Shown one piece after another: positions 46,803 to 55,839 of a stretch of 64,000 bases of DNA. The stretch comes from an uncultured virus (IMG/VR IMGVR_UViG_3300032293_002036) (taxonomy: Duplodnaviria > Heunggongvirae > Uroviricota > Caudoviricetes). Made by a program: the position numbers and the translations under genes. The notes under the pieces were generated by a model. It saw nothing but the letters and a program-made list of their open reading frames with translations, was not told where the DNA came from and made no database searches. The stretch lies in IMG/VR virus record IMGVR_UViG_3300032293_002036, one strand, 5' to 3'. How positions within the stretch are numbered: position 1 is the first letter of the stretch; every line of letters starts with the position of its first letter.

Positions 46803-47711
46803 TCAAGACGAGGCTTGGACGTAGATTACGCTCTTGGGGTAGTACAGAGCCACACCACCCACGCGAGCGTGAGCAGGGACAATGAACTCAAGGCCGCGCT
46901 GCTGAGGCGGGAACAGCTCAAGAGGTTGGGGGATGTGCAGTTGCACTTTCTCGGGATCGCGCTTGTACACCACCATGCGGTTGGTGTTCAGCTCGCTGTT
47001 GCTTGCATCCAGTTGGTTGATGGGCTCAACGTTGCGGATGTAAGGGTTGGTGCGCAGGAAGTATTCCAGCACGGTCACGTCCGAAGAATCGGAGTTCCGG
47101 GTGGTGCTCACCTTGTTGTAGTCCTCATAGGCCATGAGGATGGTGTCAGGCTGCTCCTTCATGTTGGAGCCGTTGATGATGGCAGTCACGCCATAGTTCA
47201 GCAGTTCCAGCATTTCAGCGGGAGTGCCGCTCACAGTGGTGAACCACTTGTCAGCCGCGATCACATCAACAGTGCTGTTGTTGAAGAAGCCGGCCAGGCC
47301 AACGGTGCCTTCACCGAACATGGCGACCTTCTCAACCTTCTCCTCGTAGGCGCGGCGCACAGCAGCGGCACGACGTTGCTCAAGAGCAATGTTGGCCATC
47401 TGAGCAGCACGCAGCTCCTGCACGGTGTAGCCGAAGGAGCCACCGAAGGAGCGGATGTTGATGCTCTTCTCCACTTGGCTGATGTCGGCACGGGGCAGAT
47501 CGTCAGCAGCGTCCGCAATCAGCTTGAACTCGCCAGTGGAGTCCATGATGCGGTAGGTGAAGGTTTGCGCTGCGTTGCCAGCCTCGGGGGTCACAGGCAG
47601 GATGGTGGGGTATTTGATGTCGGCATAAGCGACTTCAAACACTTGGGGGCGGATGTGCTCAAGCTGGCGCTCAAGAAACAGGCCCGCTTCGTCCATACGA
47701 AAATCAGACAT
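46803..47711 (-). CDS. major capsid protein (DUF2184 family, HK97 fold)
   Basis: 'FLERQLEHI', 'DDLPRAD', 'FGYTVQELRAAQ', 'ARVGGVALYYPKS'; strong codon bias. Confidence 0.9.
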   Translation of the reverse strand: MSDFRMDEAGLFLERQLEHIRPQVFEVAYADIKYPTILPVTPEAGNAAQTFTYRIMDSTGEFKLIADAADDLPRADISQVEKSINIRSFGGSFGYTVQELRAAQMANIALEQRRAAAVRRAYEEKVEKVAMFGEGTVGLAGFFNNSTVDVIAADKWFTTVSGTPAEMLELLNYGVTAIINGSNMKEQPDTILMAYEDYNKVSTTRNSDSSDVTVLEYFLRTNPYIRNVEPINQLDASNSELNTNRMVVYKRDPEKVQLHIPQPLELFPPQQRGLEFIVPAHARVGGVALYYPKSVIYVQASS

Positions 47712-47725
47712 TGGTAGGCCTCCTA

Positions 47726-48286
47726 TCAAGAATCGGCAGAGAGAGTGAAGCTCGGGCCGTTCAGCTCAAGGATCGCCAGGCCAGCACCAGTGGTGGAACT
47801 GAGGAAGCGAGCATTGGACAGACGAACGGTCTTGCCCGAAGCGAAGGCGTGGCTGAATTGACCAGCCTTGCCGGTGCCGCTTGCCGAATACAGAACGCGA
47901 ACGGGCGAAGCGGGGGTGACGGCGCCAGTGACGTACACTGCAACGGCACCTTCGTTAGCAACGTTCATCACTTGGTCGAGCTTCACGCCAGGACGGCCAT
48001 CGCCATTCAGAGCGGTTTCATCGACATAGGTGAGCACGTTGACACCAAAAACGGTGTCCGAAGCACCAGAAATGGTGGTAGCAGAATTGGCAACAGTGCC
48101 TGCAACGTTGTAAACCTGCAGACCGCCGAAAGGCTGCACAACGGCAGTCTCGTTGATGCAGGTGCCAATGGTGTTATCGCGGATGTCAGAGAGTTGACCC
48201 TCCAGCAGAGCGGCATGCTCAAGAGCGTAGCTCTGTTGCACACCACCAGCAGAGGCAGTCCCCGACGTGGTAAAAGTTACGGCCAT
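47726..48286 (-). CDS. head decoration/cement protein
   Basis: Position before the DUF2184 capsid; 'PFGG', 'VANEGAVAV', 'AILEL'. Confidence 0.75.
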   Translation of the reverse strand: MAVTFTTSGTASAGGVQQSYALEHAALLEGQLSDIRDNTIGTCINETAVVQPFGGLQVYNVAGTVANSATTISGASDTVFGVNVLTYVDETALNGDGRPGVKLDQVMNVANEGAVAVYVTGAVTPASPVRVLYSASGTGKAGQFSHAFASGKTVRLSNARFLSSTTGAGLAILELNGPSFTLSADS

Positions 48287-48289
48287 GGA

Positions 48290-49480
48290 TCAGCGCTCCT
48301 TAGAAACGGAGAGGGGGGTTTTCCAAGCGTTCTGAATCCGTTCCATATAGGAAGAGGGAGCAGAAGCAGGAGATGCGATGGAAGCAACGGCTTGGCGCAG
48401 TTGATTCGTGCCACTGGAATCGGAACGAGCCGACTCAGACAGAGTGTCGAACATGGCAAGCACGTAATCATCGGAACGCTCCGAGAGATCACTGTCGCCA
48501 CGCACGGCCTTGATGGATGCCTCCATGATTTCGCGATCGGACTTGCCGGCGAAATCAAAAGCAGAGTCAAGAGAGGTGCGAGCCTTGTCGATGAGGGCAA
48601 TGCGCTCGTCAACGAGGCTGTCAAGATTCACAGCTTTAGCTGCCTCAAGATCGGCCTTCACCGTCTCAAGCTCTTGAGCAAGAGCATCAGCGCGACCCTC
48701 AGCAGAGTCACACTTGCCTTTCATCTCTTTCTCCATGGCGTCCATTTCTTCCTTCATTTTGGAAGCCTCGGACATCATGCCATCGTACTTTTTCTTCATG
48801 TCCTCAAAGGACATTTTGGCGTCTTCCCGTTCTTTGGTGATCGCCAGAGCTACGCTCTCGGTCACCTCAAACTCGGCGCCATCAAAATTGACTTTTGCAG
48901 TCATAGACGGTTCCTCAATGGGAGTAAATAGGGAAGGATCGGCAGCATCTAGACGGTCCAGATGAAGCTTCACTTGCGGGCCAGCGCGACCCCTGCGAAC
49001 GACAGCAATGTGATTCCCGCTGATACCCGTTTGGATGCCATCGTAGTTTTCACCGTTGTCGGTTACGCCGGGAGTGGCGTCATAGCTGACGCGATAGCCA
49101 GCGCTGACCTCCTTCGCATCACCGCGCATGATGCGCTCAATGGCATCCTTATCAGTGATGGTCATGACTGCACGAACAAAGCCGTTGTCGTAGACCACCT
49201 CGGTGCCACTGAATCCCACTTGATAGTTCTTTGTGTTTTCACTATCAAGAAGAACAGGTGGATGTTCAAGAGTGATTGCTTTGCCCGCAAATGAGGCCAA
49301 GCTTTCAGGAGACGCCACCTCTGCTTCTGGTCGATACTCACGTCGAATGGAACCATCCGCATCGGTGTAGTGTTGAACACCAGTGCGTGCGATGGTCGCC
49401 CAAGCACGAAGGTAACCTTCAGGGGTCACTTCATACTTTTCAATCGGCGCAACGTCGTAGCGGAAGCATGTGTCGCTCAT
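48290..49480 (-). CDS. DUF2213 prohead protease/scaffold
   Basis: 'TPEGYL', 'ARTGVQ', 'TLEHP', 'EVSAGY', 'NHIAVVRRGRAG' followed by a coiled coil. Confidence 0.88.
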   Translation of the reverse strand: MSDTCFRYDVAPIEKYEVTPEGYLRAWATIARTGVQHYTDADGSIRREYRPEAEVASPESLASFAGKAITLEHPPVLLDSENTKNYQVGFSGTEVVYDNGFVRAVMTITDKDAIERIMRGDAKEVSAGYRVSYDATPGVTDNGENYDGIQTGISGNHIAVVRRGRAGPQVKLHLDRLDAADPSLFTPIEEPSMTAKVNFDGAEFEVTESVALAITKEREDAKMSFEDMKKKYDGMMSEASKMKEEMDAMEKEMKGKCDSAEGRADALAQELETVKADLEAAKAVNLDSLVDERIALIDKARTSLDSAFDFAGKSDREIMEASIKAVRGDSDLSERSDDYVLAMFDTLSESARSDSSGTNQLRQAVASIASPASAPSSYMERIQNAWKTPLSVSKER

Positions 49481-49578
49481 ATATACAAACTAACAAGCGT
49501 GCTAGGCTCTGACCATACAAGGCGTCAAATCTGACTACAGACCCATCCGCGATGAGACACGTGCTTACGATGTTCGCA

Positions 49579-49878
49579 ATGCCATTCATACCTTACAAAG
49601 AGGCAAAGCATGAAATCGCCTCAAGAGTTAGAGATGCGCGACTTCAATCCGGCTTGAAACAGTCCGACGTGGCCGAAGCACTTAACATCAGCCAAAGCTC
49701 GTACTCACGCATGGAACGCGGCATTCTCATGCCCGATGCCGCACAAATTCGCACTCTTAGTGGTCTTCACGGTGTTTCGATTTTGTGGCTGCTAGGGATG
49801 CCTAGTTACTTTGTCTACGCCGATCAATCTTCGTCGTCGTACCCTTCTTCGTCTCCGTCGAAAGGATCGGCCATTTGA
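49579..49878 (+). CDS. XRE-family HTH regulator
   Basis: 'ARLQSGLKQSDVAEALNISQSSYSRMERG...P...VSILWLLG'. Confidence 0.85.
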   Translation: MPFIPYKEAKHEIASRVRDARLQSGLKQSDVAEALNISQSSYSRMERGILMPDAAQIRTLSGLHGVSILWLLGMPSYFVYADQSSSSYPSSSPSKGSAI

Positions 49879-50144
49879 CTCTCCACTTCTTCCATTACAT
49901 AAGACTTGGCGATAGCCTTCGCTTCAAACACCAGCATTTTGACTGGCTCAAAAAACTCGTCGGGCTTGTCGTAGCGATTGACGACGAATAATTGCACTTC
50001 GCTTTGCTTGCCGTTTTTGAAATGCAGCTCTTCAACAAGGCGCCAGTGCGAAGTGTTTCGATGTTCGTTTGCAGAAAGAATGGCAAGAGCTTGCACTGTG
50101 CCAATGCCTTCTTCCTCGTCCACAATTCGCACGTATTGGGTCAT
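49824..50144 (-). CDS. hypothetical acidic protein
   Basis: 106-aa ORF. Confidence 0.6.
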   Translation of the reverse strand: MTQYVRIVDEEEGIGTVQALAILSANEHRNTSHWRLVEELHFKNGKQSEVQLFVVNRYDKPDEFFEPVKMLVFEAKAIAKSYVMEEVESQMADPFDGDEEGYDDED

Positions 50145-50168
50145 TGATCTTTCGCGCTTTCAACCATC

Positions 50169-50825
50169 TTAATTCTTGTTTTGCGGACGGCACTTGCTGC
50201 CGCGCTGATGTTGCTTCATGTTGCCCATAGTTCCACGAATTTGAGCCCCGCACGCCTCACACACTCTCACAACCTTGCCTTTTTCCTTATTAAGCCTTGC
50301 GTTCATCTCCTTGTTGCGAATCCTGGCCCTTTCGCTTGATCTTTGCCGTGCCGCATCCGAGGACAACGGATGATTCCCCTCTTGCTTCCATCGCGCTTGC
50401 AATGCTTTGCCATGTTCAGACCAAGTTTGTTTTGCGTTTTCCCCCGAATAAACGCCAATCTCCCAACGTCTTTTCATTTCTTGAGACAAAAAAGCCCGTC
50501 CTTCTTTGGATTTCGTCCAATTATGGTCACTGACCTTTGCTCGAATCGCTTCAAATTTATGAGAATTCATTGAGGGGTCGCGCTTTGCCATGCAAATCAA
50601 TGCAGCGGCAGTTCCTGGACATGGAAACATCTTGAATAATAGGCGATGAGCGACCCAATGCTCGCGAAGCGTCAGCGGAACCATTTTGCAATTTACCTTT
50701 CTGTCTCGCCAAAAACAGACAGGGAAGTAATGATGCCACTCATACTTCTGCGCTGGATCCAGGTCTTCCTTGCTGCGCCGCTTGGCTTTCGCGATCAAGT
50801 TGACATATGCCTGTCTATAGTCCAT
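50169..50825 (-). CDS. free-standing HNH homing endonuclease
   Basis: 'DYRQAYVNLI.KAK.R', 'YEWHHYFP', 'LTLREHWVAHRLLFKMF'. Confidence 0.8.
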   Translation of the reverse strand: MDYRQAYVNLIAKAKRRSKEDLDPAQKYEWHHYFPVCFWRDRKVNCKMVPLTLREHWVAHRLLFKMFPCPGTAAALICMAKRDPSMNSHKFEAIRAKVSDHNWTKSKEGRAFLSQEMKRRWEIGVYSGENAKQTWSEHGKALQARWKQEGNHPLSSDAARQRSSERARIRNKEMNARLNKEKGKVVRVCEACGAQIRGTMGNMKQHQRGSKCRPQNKN

Positions 50826-51177
50826 CCTTTTCTTGTTTTTCCACCCGCCTGATTATAGAGCGCGCCCAGCGCTCTCCCGCGTCTCCTCCCCATAAATTGT
50901 GGCTAATAAACCCTGCATCGTCTTCTCCTCCGCTCTTATTCTTTGCGTGGCGAGAGAAGAAGGCAGCCATGCGCTTGATTGTTTCGTAGCTCACCGCCTC
51001 TCCATTGGCCAGACTCGTTGCTCGTGCCACTCCGCTGCCAATGCCCTGCTTGCCGGCCTCTTGCGTGGTCAGGCCGCCTTTGCCGTGCTTCTTGCGCAGC
51101 TCAAGGCCGCGACGTGCTGCGGATCGAACAGACGATGGAGGGGAGAATGATTGTGCATCTCCCCTCAGGACTTTCCC
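50815..51177 (-). CDS. head-associated domain reached by -1 frameshift from 51165-51428
   Basis: The -1 frame after G GGA AAG reads GKVLRGDAQSFSPPSSVRSAARRGLELRKK...LWGGDAGERWARSII; no ATG/GTG/TTG in that frame before 51030. Confidence 0.7.
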   Translation of the reverse strand, partial: GKVLRGDAQSFSPPSSVRSAARRGLELRKKHGKGGLTTQEAGKQGIGSGVARATSLANGEAVSYETIKRMAAFFSRHAKNKSGGEDDAGFISHNLWGGDAGERWARSIIRRVEKQEKDGL

Positions 51178-51428
51178 TTGGAATCCTCCTCCTCCATTCC
51201 TTCTTCCTCTTCCATCGCCTCTTCTTCTTGCAAGACTTGCCGGATGAAAGCACGCATGTACTCTTCACTTGCATCTTTCTTGGGCATGCTCATGCCGACT
51301 TGCGAGAGAGCAATTGCGACTGCACGCTTGTAGTCAGTAATCTTTTCTCCACTGCTGCTTTTTAGGGTGCCAGCCTTGAACTCCCTTAAAACGCGAGAAA
51401 TTTTCGCTTGCTTCTGCTTTTTGTCCAT
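51165..51428 (-). CDS. DUF6496-like small head-associated protein
   Basis: 'KISRVLREFKAGTLKSSSGEKIT..K.AVAIALS'. Confidence 0.75.
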   Translation of the reverse strand: MDKKQKQAKISRVLREFKAGTLKSSSGEKITDYKRAVAIALSQVGMSMPKKDASEEYMRAFIRQVLQEEEAMEEEEGMEEEDSKGKS

Positions 51429-51476
51429 TAAACTCAGAGGCACATGCTAGACTTTAGACATTCTAGCAGCAGGATC

Positions 51477-52004
51477 ATGCACGAAATCGAAAGCTGGCGC
51501 CCTATTGATGAAACACAGGGCCATTATGAAATTAGCGACAGAGGGCGAGTGTGCAGGATCAAAGGGGGCAGACGTGTTTTGCTCAAAGTTAGTTTTTCTG
51601 GTCCTTATGCCAAGATTGGCCTCTATCCACCTGGCGTCACTGGACTGACCCGTCAAATACATAGACTTGTTTGTGAAGCCTTTCATGGACGCCCTCAAGA
51701 CTTTCAAGTCGTTCGCCATTTGAACGGTGATAGATATGATAATCGGGCTGTAAACTTAGCCTGGGGAACTCCAGAGGAGAACTCTCAAGATGCAATTTTG
51801 CACGGAACACATCGCGGTTCAAACAATGGAAGGAGCAAGTTAACGGAAGACCAAGTTTCCGCAATTAAAAACATTTTAAGTGCCAACCCAGAACTATCTC
51901 GCAACATGCTCGCTAAGGCACTTGCTGTCACACGGACTACTATTGGTCACATTGAAAAAGGACGACAATGGAAGCACGTAGAAGAATGCAACATTGATGA
52001 TTAG
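51477..52004 (+). CDS. NUMOD4-HNH homing endonuclease
   Basis: 'ESWRPI....YEISDRGRV', 'IHRLVCEAFHG...RHLNGDRYDNRAVNLAWGTPEEN'. Confidence 0.88.
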   Translation: MHEIESWRPIDETQGHYEISDRGRVCRIKGGRRVLLKVSFSGPYAKIGLYPPGVTGLTRQIHRLVCEAFHGRPQDFQVVRHLNGDRYDNRAVNLAWGTPEENSQDAILHGTHRGSNNGRSKLTEDQVSAIKNILSANPELSRNMLAKALAVTRTTIGHIEKGRQWKHVEECNIDD

Positions 52005-52065
52005 CTTGTAATTTTAGCTTTCTTTTTTTGTTCATCACAGTGCCCAGTGGTCTCCTGCAAAAATC

Positions 52066-52599
52066 CTAGCCTTTGATCCCCTCAAAATACAAATCACAAG
52101 ACACGTCGCTGCTACTGAATTGCCACTTCTCAAAGAGCGTGTCGAGTGAAAGTCGCTCCAAAAAATCCTGTTCTGTGAGATTCATGTAGTAGTTCCAGTC
52201 CTTGGCAATTGTCAGAGGAGAATCCTGAGGAGTGGTTCTTTGCGTGCCATGTTCAGGCCTGCCAGTAGTAGCACAGGTGAAGACGACCAATCCCCCTTTA
52301 CGAGTAAGTCTGACCATATTGATAAACGTTTTGAGCCAGTAAGGATTGTGCTCAAAGCATTCACAGGAGATGGCACAGTCAAACAGCTCGGAACTGTCGT
52401 ACTTGTGGCCGCTTGTCACAACGTCAACACCGGGACCTTCGCCCACGTCAACGCCAATATACTTGTCGGCGTTGAAATACTCGCGCACTGTGCCGTTGAT
52501 ATTTAGACTTCCAATTTCAAGCACTCGCCCCCCATTGAAAAACGAGGGATGACGCTGCTTGACGGAAGCGATGTAGTCGCCTTGTTCTTTGTGTGCCAT
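52066..52599 (-). CDS. class I SAM-dependent methyltransferase
   Basis: 'VLEIGSLNING', 'YIGVD..GPGVD', 'FD..IS.ECFEH'. Confidence 0.85.
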   Translation of the reverse strand: MAHKEQGDYIASVKQRHPSFFNGGRVLEIGSLNINGTVREYFNADKYIGVDVGEGPGVDVVTSGHKYDSSELFDCAISCECFEHNPYWLKTFINMVRLTRKGGLVVFTCATTGRPEHGTQRTTPQDSPLTIAKDWNYYMNLTEQDFLERLSLDTLFEKWQFSSSDVSCDLYFEGIKG

Positions 52600-52600
52600 G

Positions 52601-53317
52601 TCAGGGAATGAAGGAGATGGGAGCCGTTTGAATGTCCATGCCTGGAAGAAGCTTGTCTCGATGCAAGACCAAGCCCGTAATTAGTCTTTCTGCAATGAAG
52701 GCAAGCGCTCGTTTGTCATAGCCTTCGATGGGGAGAAAATGTTCTTTGTGCAGCGCCCAGATGGGGAGCAGACAGCGGAACACGGTCTGCATAAAGAGCG
52801 AGTAATTCGCCGCAGATCCACGAGCCATGTTGCAGCCAATGAAAGAGCTTTGAGCCCACACTTGGTCAATCTCTTGCCTGTTGAACACCCAGCTCCCAGA
52901 GTCCGCTAATTCACGAGTGATTGCGGGTGCGTCAAAGGCAGAGTGCCCACCGTAGAACTGCCGCTCAAGGCTGCAGCTAAACGTTGCAGGCTCGGGCACG
53001 TATAGCACGTTGGGGTCGTACCAACCACTGTCGGGCTCCACCCAGTTGCGACGATACTGAGCGTTCCCTACGTTTTCGGCTGTGGAATTGAGAAGGATCC
53101 ACTCAACGCAAGACAGCTCTCCCCATCGACTGTTCAAATGAGAAGAGAAAGCCCCTTCGTCATCAAAGACATAACCCTGTTGCCGCAGCTCTTCGCGCTC
53201 TTGCTTCTCAAGATTGACGGCCCCGCCAAAGATGGGAATAATGTTTGACTGCGCTTGGTAGCGCACGGGTTCGCCCTTGATGCAGACGGCGTAAATTGTG
53301 CAATCAGACGATTGCAT
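52601..53317 (-). CDS. DUF4422-like glycosyltransferase
   Basis: 'LNSRWGELS', 'VGNAQYRR', 'CNM', 'KRALAFIAERL'. Confidence 0.7.
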   Translation of the reverse strand: MQSSDCTIYAVCIKGEPVRYQAQSNIIPIFGGAVNLEKQEREELRQQGYVFDDEGAFSSHLNSRWGELSCVEWILLNSTAENVGNAQYRRNWVEPDSGWYDPNVLYVPEPATFSCSLERQFYGGHSAFDAPAITRELADSGSWVFNRQEIDQVWAQSSFIGCNMARGSAANYSLFMQTVFRCLLPIWALHKEHFLPIEGYDKRALAFIAERLITGLVLHRDKLLPGMDIQTAPISFIP

Positions 53318-54017
53318 AAACCTGCCTCGCTGCCCACATTTCGTTGTAGTTATTCACGCCTTTGGCTCCCACTCCCGTCAAGTCTCCGCCAGCGGAAGGC
53401 TTGCTCCAGGCCATGATTGCCCCGTTTGGCAAAACGAAGGCTCGGTTCTTCTGTTCATAAGTGGGAGTGAGTTCCAAGTAGTCTCCGTAGACAAAGTCAG
53501 GATCACTTCCGTTTATCGCCAGAGCCCTTCCGAGGAGCGTCGGACCAGTGGGGCACAATGGGGTGATGCCGTAGTATTGCTCTTTGCAATTGGCGACAAT
53601 CATCTCAATGGCAGCCTCCAAAGCACGGTTGTGGGGCTGAGAGTAGAGCACCGTTGTTGCGCATGCCCAAGAGGTGAAGCTGAAGCGTTGGATGTCACGG
53701 AAGGCCAAGAACTTTACGCGATCTCCAACGTCCACAGAGTTGATTGCTCTGATTGCAATGTCAAAGTACCAACCACCAATTTTATTGAGCAAACAGAAGC
53801 GCCCAAGGTCCGCCTTGTAGGAATAAGGCAGGAGGGAGTCGTAAGCCCAGAGAATTTCAGTGTCGTAGTTGTCTGCGATGAACTGCCTCAGGCCCTCCTT
53901 GTTGTAAATGTTGCGCTCAGCATAAGGGAAAGCCTCTTGTACTGTGGATGTTGCGTATTGCAGGAATGGCGACAGCTCTTTGTCGGTGTCGCTGAGAAAG
54001 ATTTGAGAGATTTGCAT
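53304..54017 (-). CDS. glycosyltransferase family 32-like (OCH1/DXD sugar-binding)
   Basis: 'YKADLGRFCLLNKIGGWYFDI', 'TGPTLLG'. Confidence 0.82.
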   Translation of the reverse strand: MQISQIFLSDTDKELSPFLQYATSTVQEAFPYAERNIYNKEGLRQFIADNYDTEILWAYDSLLPYSYKADLGRFCLLNKIGGWYFDIAIRAINSVDVGDRVKFLAFRDIQRFSFTSWACATTVLYSQPHNRALEAAIEMIVANCKEQYYGITPLCPTGPTLLGRALAINGSDPDFVYGDYLELTPTYEQKNRAFVLPNGAIMAWSKPSAGGDLTGVGAKGVNNYNEMWAARQVYAIV

Positions 54018-54019
54018 GA

Positions 54020-55267
54020 TCAACCAATCTTCACGGGAGTGCCAAAACCTTTGAATGCAGGAGCCGCATCTACCTTCAGTGCATCGTTGATGATTGAAAG
54101 CATCTGCTTCTGCACATAGGGCCAGGTGAATTGCTCTTCGTGAATGCGTTTCCAGCACCGCACACCAGCTTCTTCCAACGCCGGCCTGTCAAGGTAGTAA
54201 TAGTTAAGGATGTCGGACAAGTGAGAAGGAGAGGGCTGCCCTCGCTCAAGACCATAGTTCCTGTCGGTTTCCCAGCTTTCAATCTTCATCCGCAGTTCCT
54301 CACTGAAGATTTCCTTCAGACTTGTGTGGTCAGGCACCACTTGAGCCACGCCTGCCGCAGCGTGCTCAGTGTTTACGAGCCCCCAACCCTCTCCCATGCA
54401 AGTGTTCACGCCAACGTCTACAGCGTTGTACACCTGATTGAGCTGCTCCACGGGAAGGCAGTTGTGCGTGGAGAAGTCTGGACTGGTGAGGATCAGCTTG
54501 CCGGCAGAGTCATAGCCCATGTCACGAGCCACTCGCTTGAACAATGGCACGATGTCCCAACCCATGTCCTTCTGCCCCATGTTGAGCCACAGGCGAGCGT
54601 CTGGCTTGTCCAAGGCGAAATCAATGAAGCCCTTGATGGTCAGGTCAATGCGCTTACGCGGCTGATTCCTGTTGCCATTGAAGACGATGAACACATCTTC
54701 TGGAACGCCAAGAGCCTTTCGGCACTTGCTTTTCTCGATGGGGAAAAATTTGGTGAAGTCGGTGCCATGTCCCACCACGTGAATGGGCTTGCTGTAGCCA
54801 ATCTTCTCGATCTCCTGCTTGGCGAACTCCGTGTAGGTGATCAGCGCGTCCCATTCATTGATGCGATCCAGAAGCTCAGGGAAGAGACCGTAGGAGTCAA
54901 TGGGTGTGTAGGTGATCCACTTAAAGCCGAGCTTCTCCTTGAGGCCCTTGACTGCTTCAAAGAGGTTGATGGCCACCCAGATGTCGTTTACGACAAAGAC
55001 GACGTCGGGCTTGATCGTCGCCACCAGCTCCGCAATGCGATGAGAACCAAAGGGGTCCGAGCCGTAGGCCATAGCCGGATACATCTTGCAATGCTCCTGC
55101 ATTTCATTGGGGTCGCCCATCCAGTTTGTACACAAGGCATGGACTTCATGCTCTTTTGCCAGTGCTGGAATCAAATACTCAGCAACGCGGCCAAAGCCGG
55201 TTTGTACGCCAACGTCGCCTGCATACAAAATTTTTCGCACAGTGTCAAACGGTTCAACTGCGCCCAA
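54020..55267 (-). CDS. GT-B family 4 glycosyltransferase
   Basis: 'TGFGRV', 'NRNQPRKRID', 'YNAVDVGVNTCMGEGWGLVNTEHAA'. Confidence 0.88.
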   Translation of the reverse strand: MGAVEPFDTVRKILYAGDVGVQTGFGRVAEYLIPALAKEHEVHALCTNWMGDPNEMQEHCKMYPAMAYGSDPFGSHRIAELVATIKPDVVFVVNDIWVAINLFEAVKGLKEKLGFKWITYTPIDSYGLFPELLDRINEWDALITYTEFAKQEIEKIGYSKPIHVVGHGTDFTKFFPIEKSKCRKALGVPEDVFIVFNGNRNQPRKRIDLTIKGFIDFALDKPDARLWLNMGQKDMGWDIVPLFKRVARDMGYDSAGKLILTSPDFSTHNCLPVEQLNQVYNAVDVGVNTCMGEGWGLVNTEHAAAGVAQVVPDHTSLKEIFSEELRMKIESWETDRNYGLERGQPSPSHLSDILNYYYLDRPALEEAGVRCWKRIHEEQFTWPYVQKQMLSIINDALKVDAAPAFKGFGTPVKIG

Positions 55268-55269
55268 TC

Positions 55270-55788
55270 CTAGTCCACGAAATCAAAACGGTAAAAGCTT
55301 TTGTCGTCACATTGATCTACGGCGTTTTTCACTGCACTAGCAGCTTCTTCCTTTGTGGCAAAGCATCCCAAGTATTTTCTCTTGTAGTTTGCCTCCCAAG
55401 GCTTGGTCTTGAGACGTCTAGGCCTGAAACAAACACCTGTAACGCCGCTTTTATTGTTTGAAGAAATTTTTGAATTAAGCTTGTTCTGCCCTGTATTACA
55501 CAGTCGAAGGTTTGCAGGGCGATTGTCACCGGGGCAACCGTTGATGTGGTCAATCAGAAAATTCCCGGGGTCTTCACCATGAATCAATGCCCAAACAATA
55601 CGGTGCGCCCTATAGGGCCTTTTGTTGAGCTTGACTTTGATGTACCCCTCAGCATCTTTTCCTGTGATTTCTTTGCCAACAACGACGCACCTTGCCTGTT
55701 TTTTCTTCCAGTAGAGACGACCTTCGTCGTCTACCGTAAAAATTTCGCGCAGTTGCTCTAGCGGCGGGAGGGGTTTAGACTTTGCCAT
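55270..55788 (-). CDS. HNH endonuclease with AP2-like C-terminus
   Basis: 'AHRIVWAL.HG.DP....IDHING...DNR..NLR', 'NKSGVTGV', 'YLGCFATKEEAA'. Confidence 0.88.
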   Translation of the reverse strand: MAKSKPLPPLEQLREIFTVDDEGRLYWKKKQARCVVVGKEITGKDAEGYIKVKLNKRPYRAHRIVWALIHGEDPGNFLIDHINGCPGDNRPANLRLCNTGQNKLNSKISSNNKSGVTGVCFRPRRLKTKPWEANYKRKYLGCFATKEEAASAVKNAVDQCDDKSFYRFDFVD

Positions 55789-55839
55789 CGGCTCATTCCT
55801 GTTGAGTTGGTCACGAGCTGGGAGGTGGTACTCGCCAGC

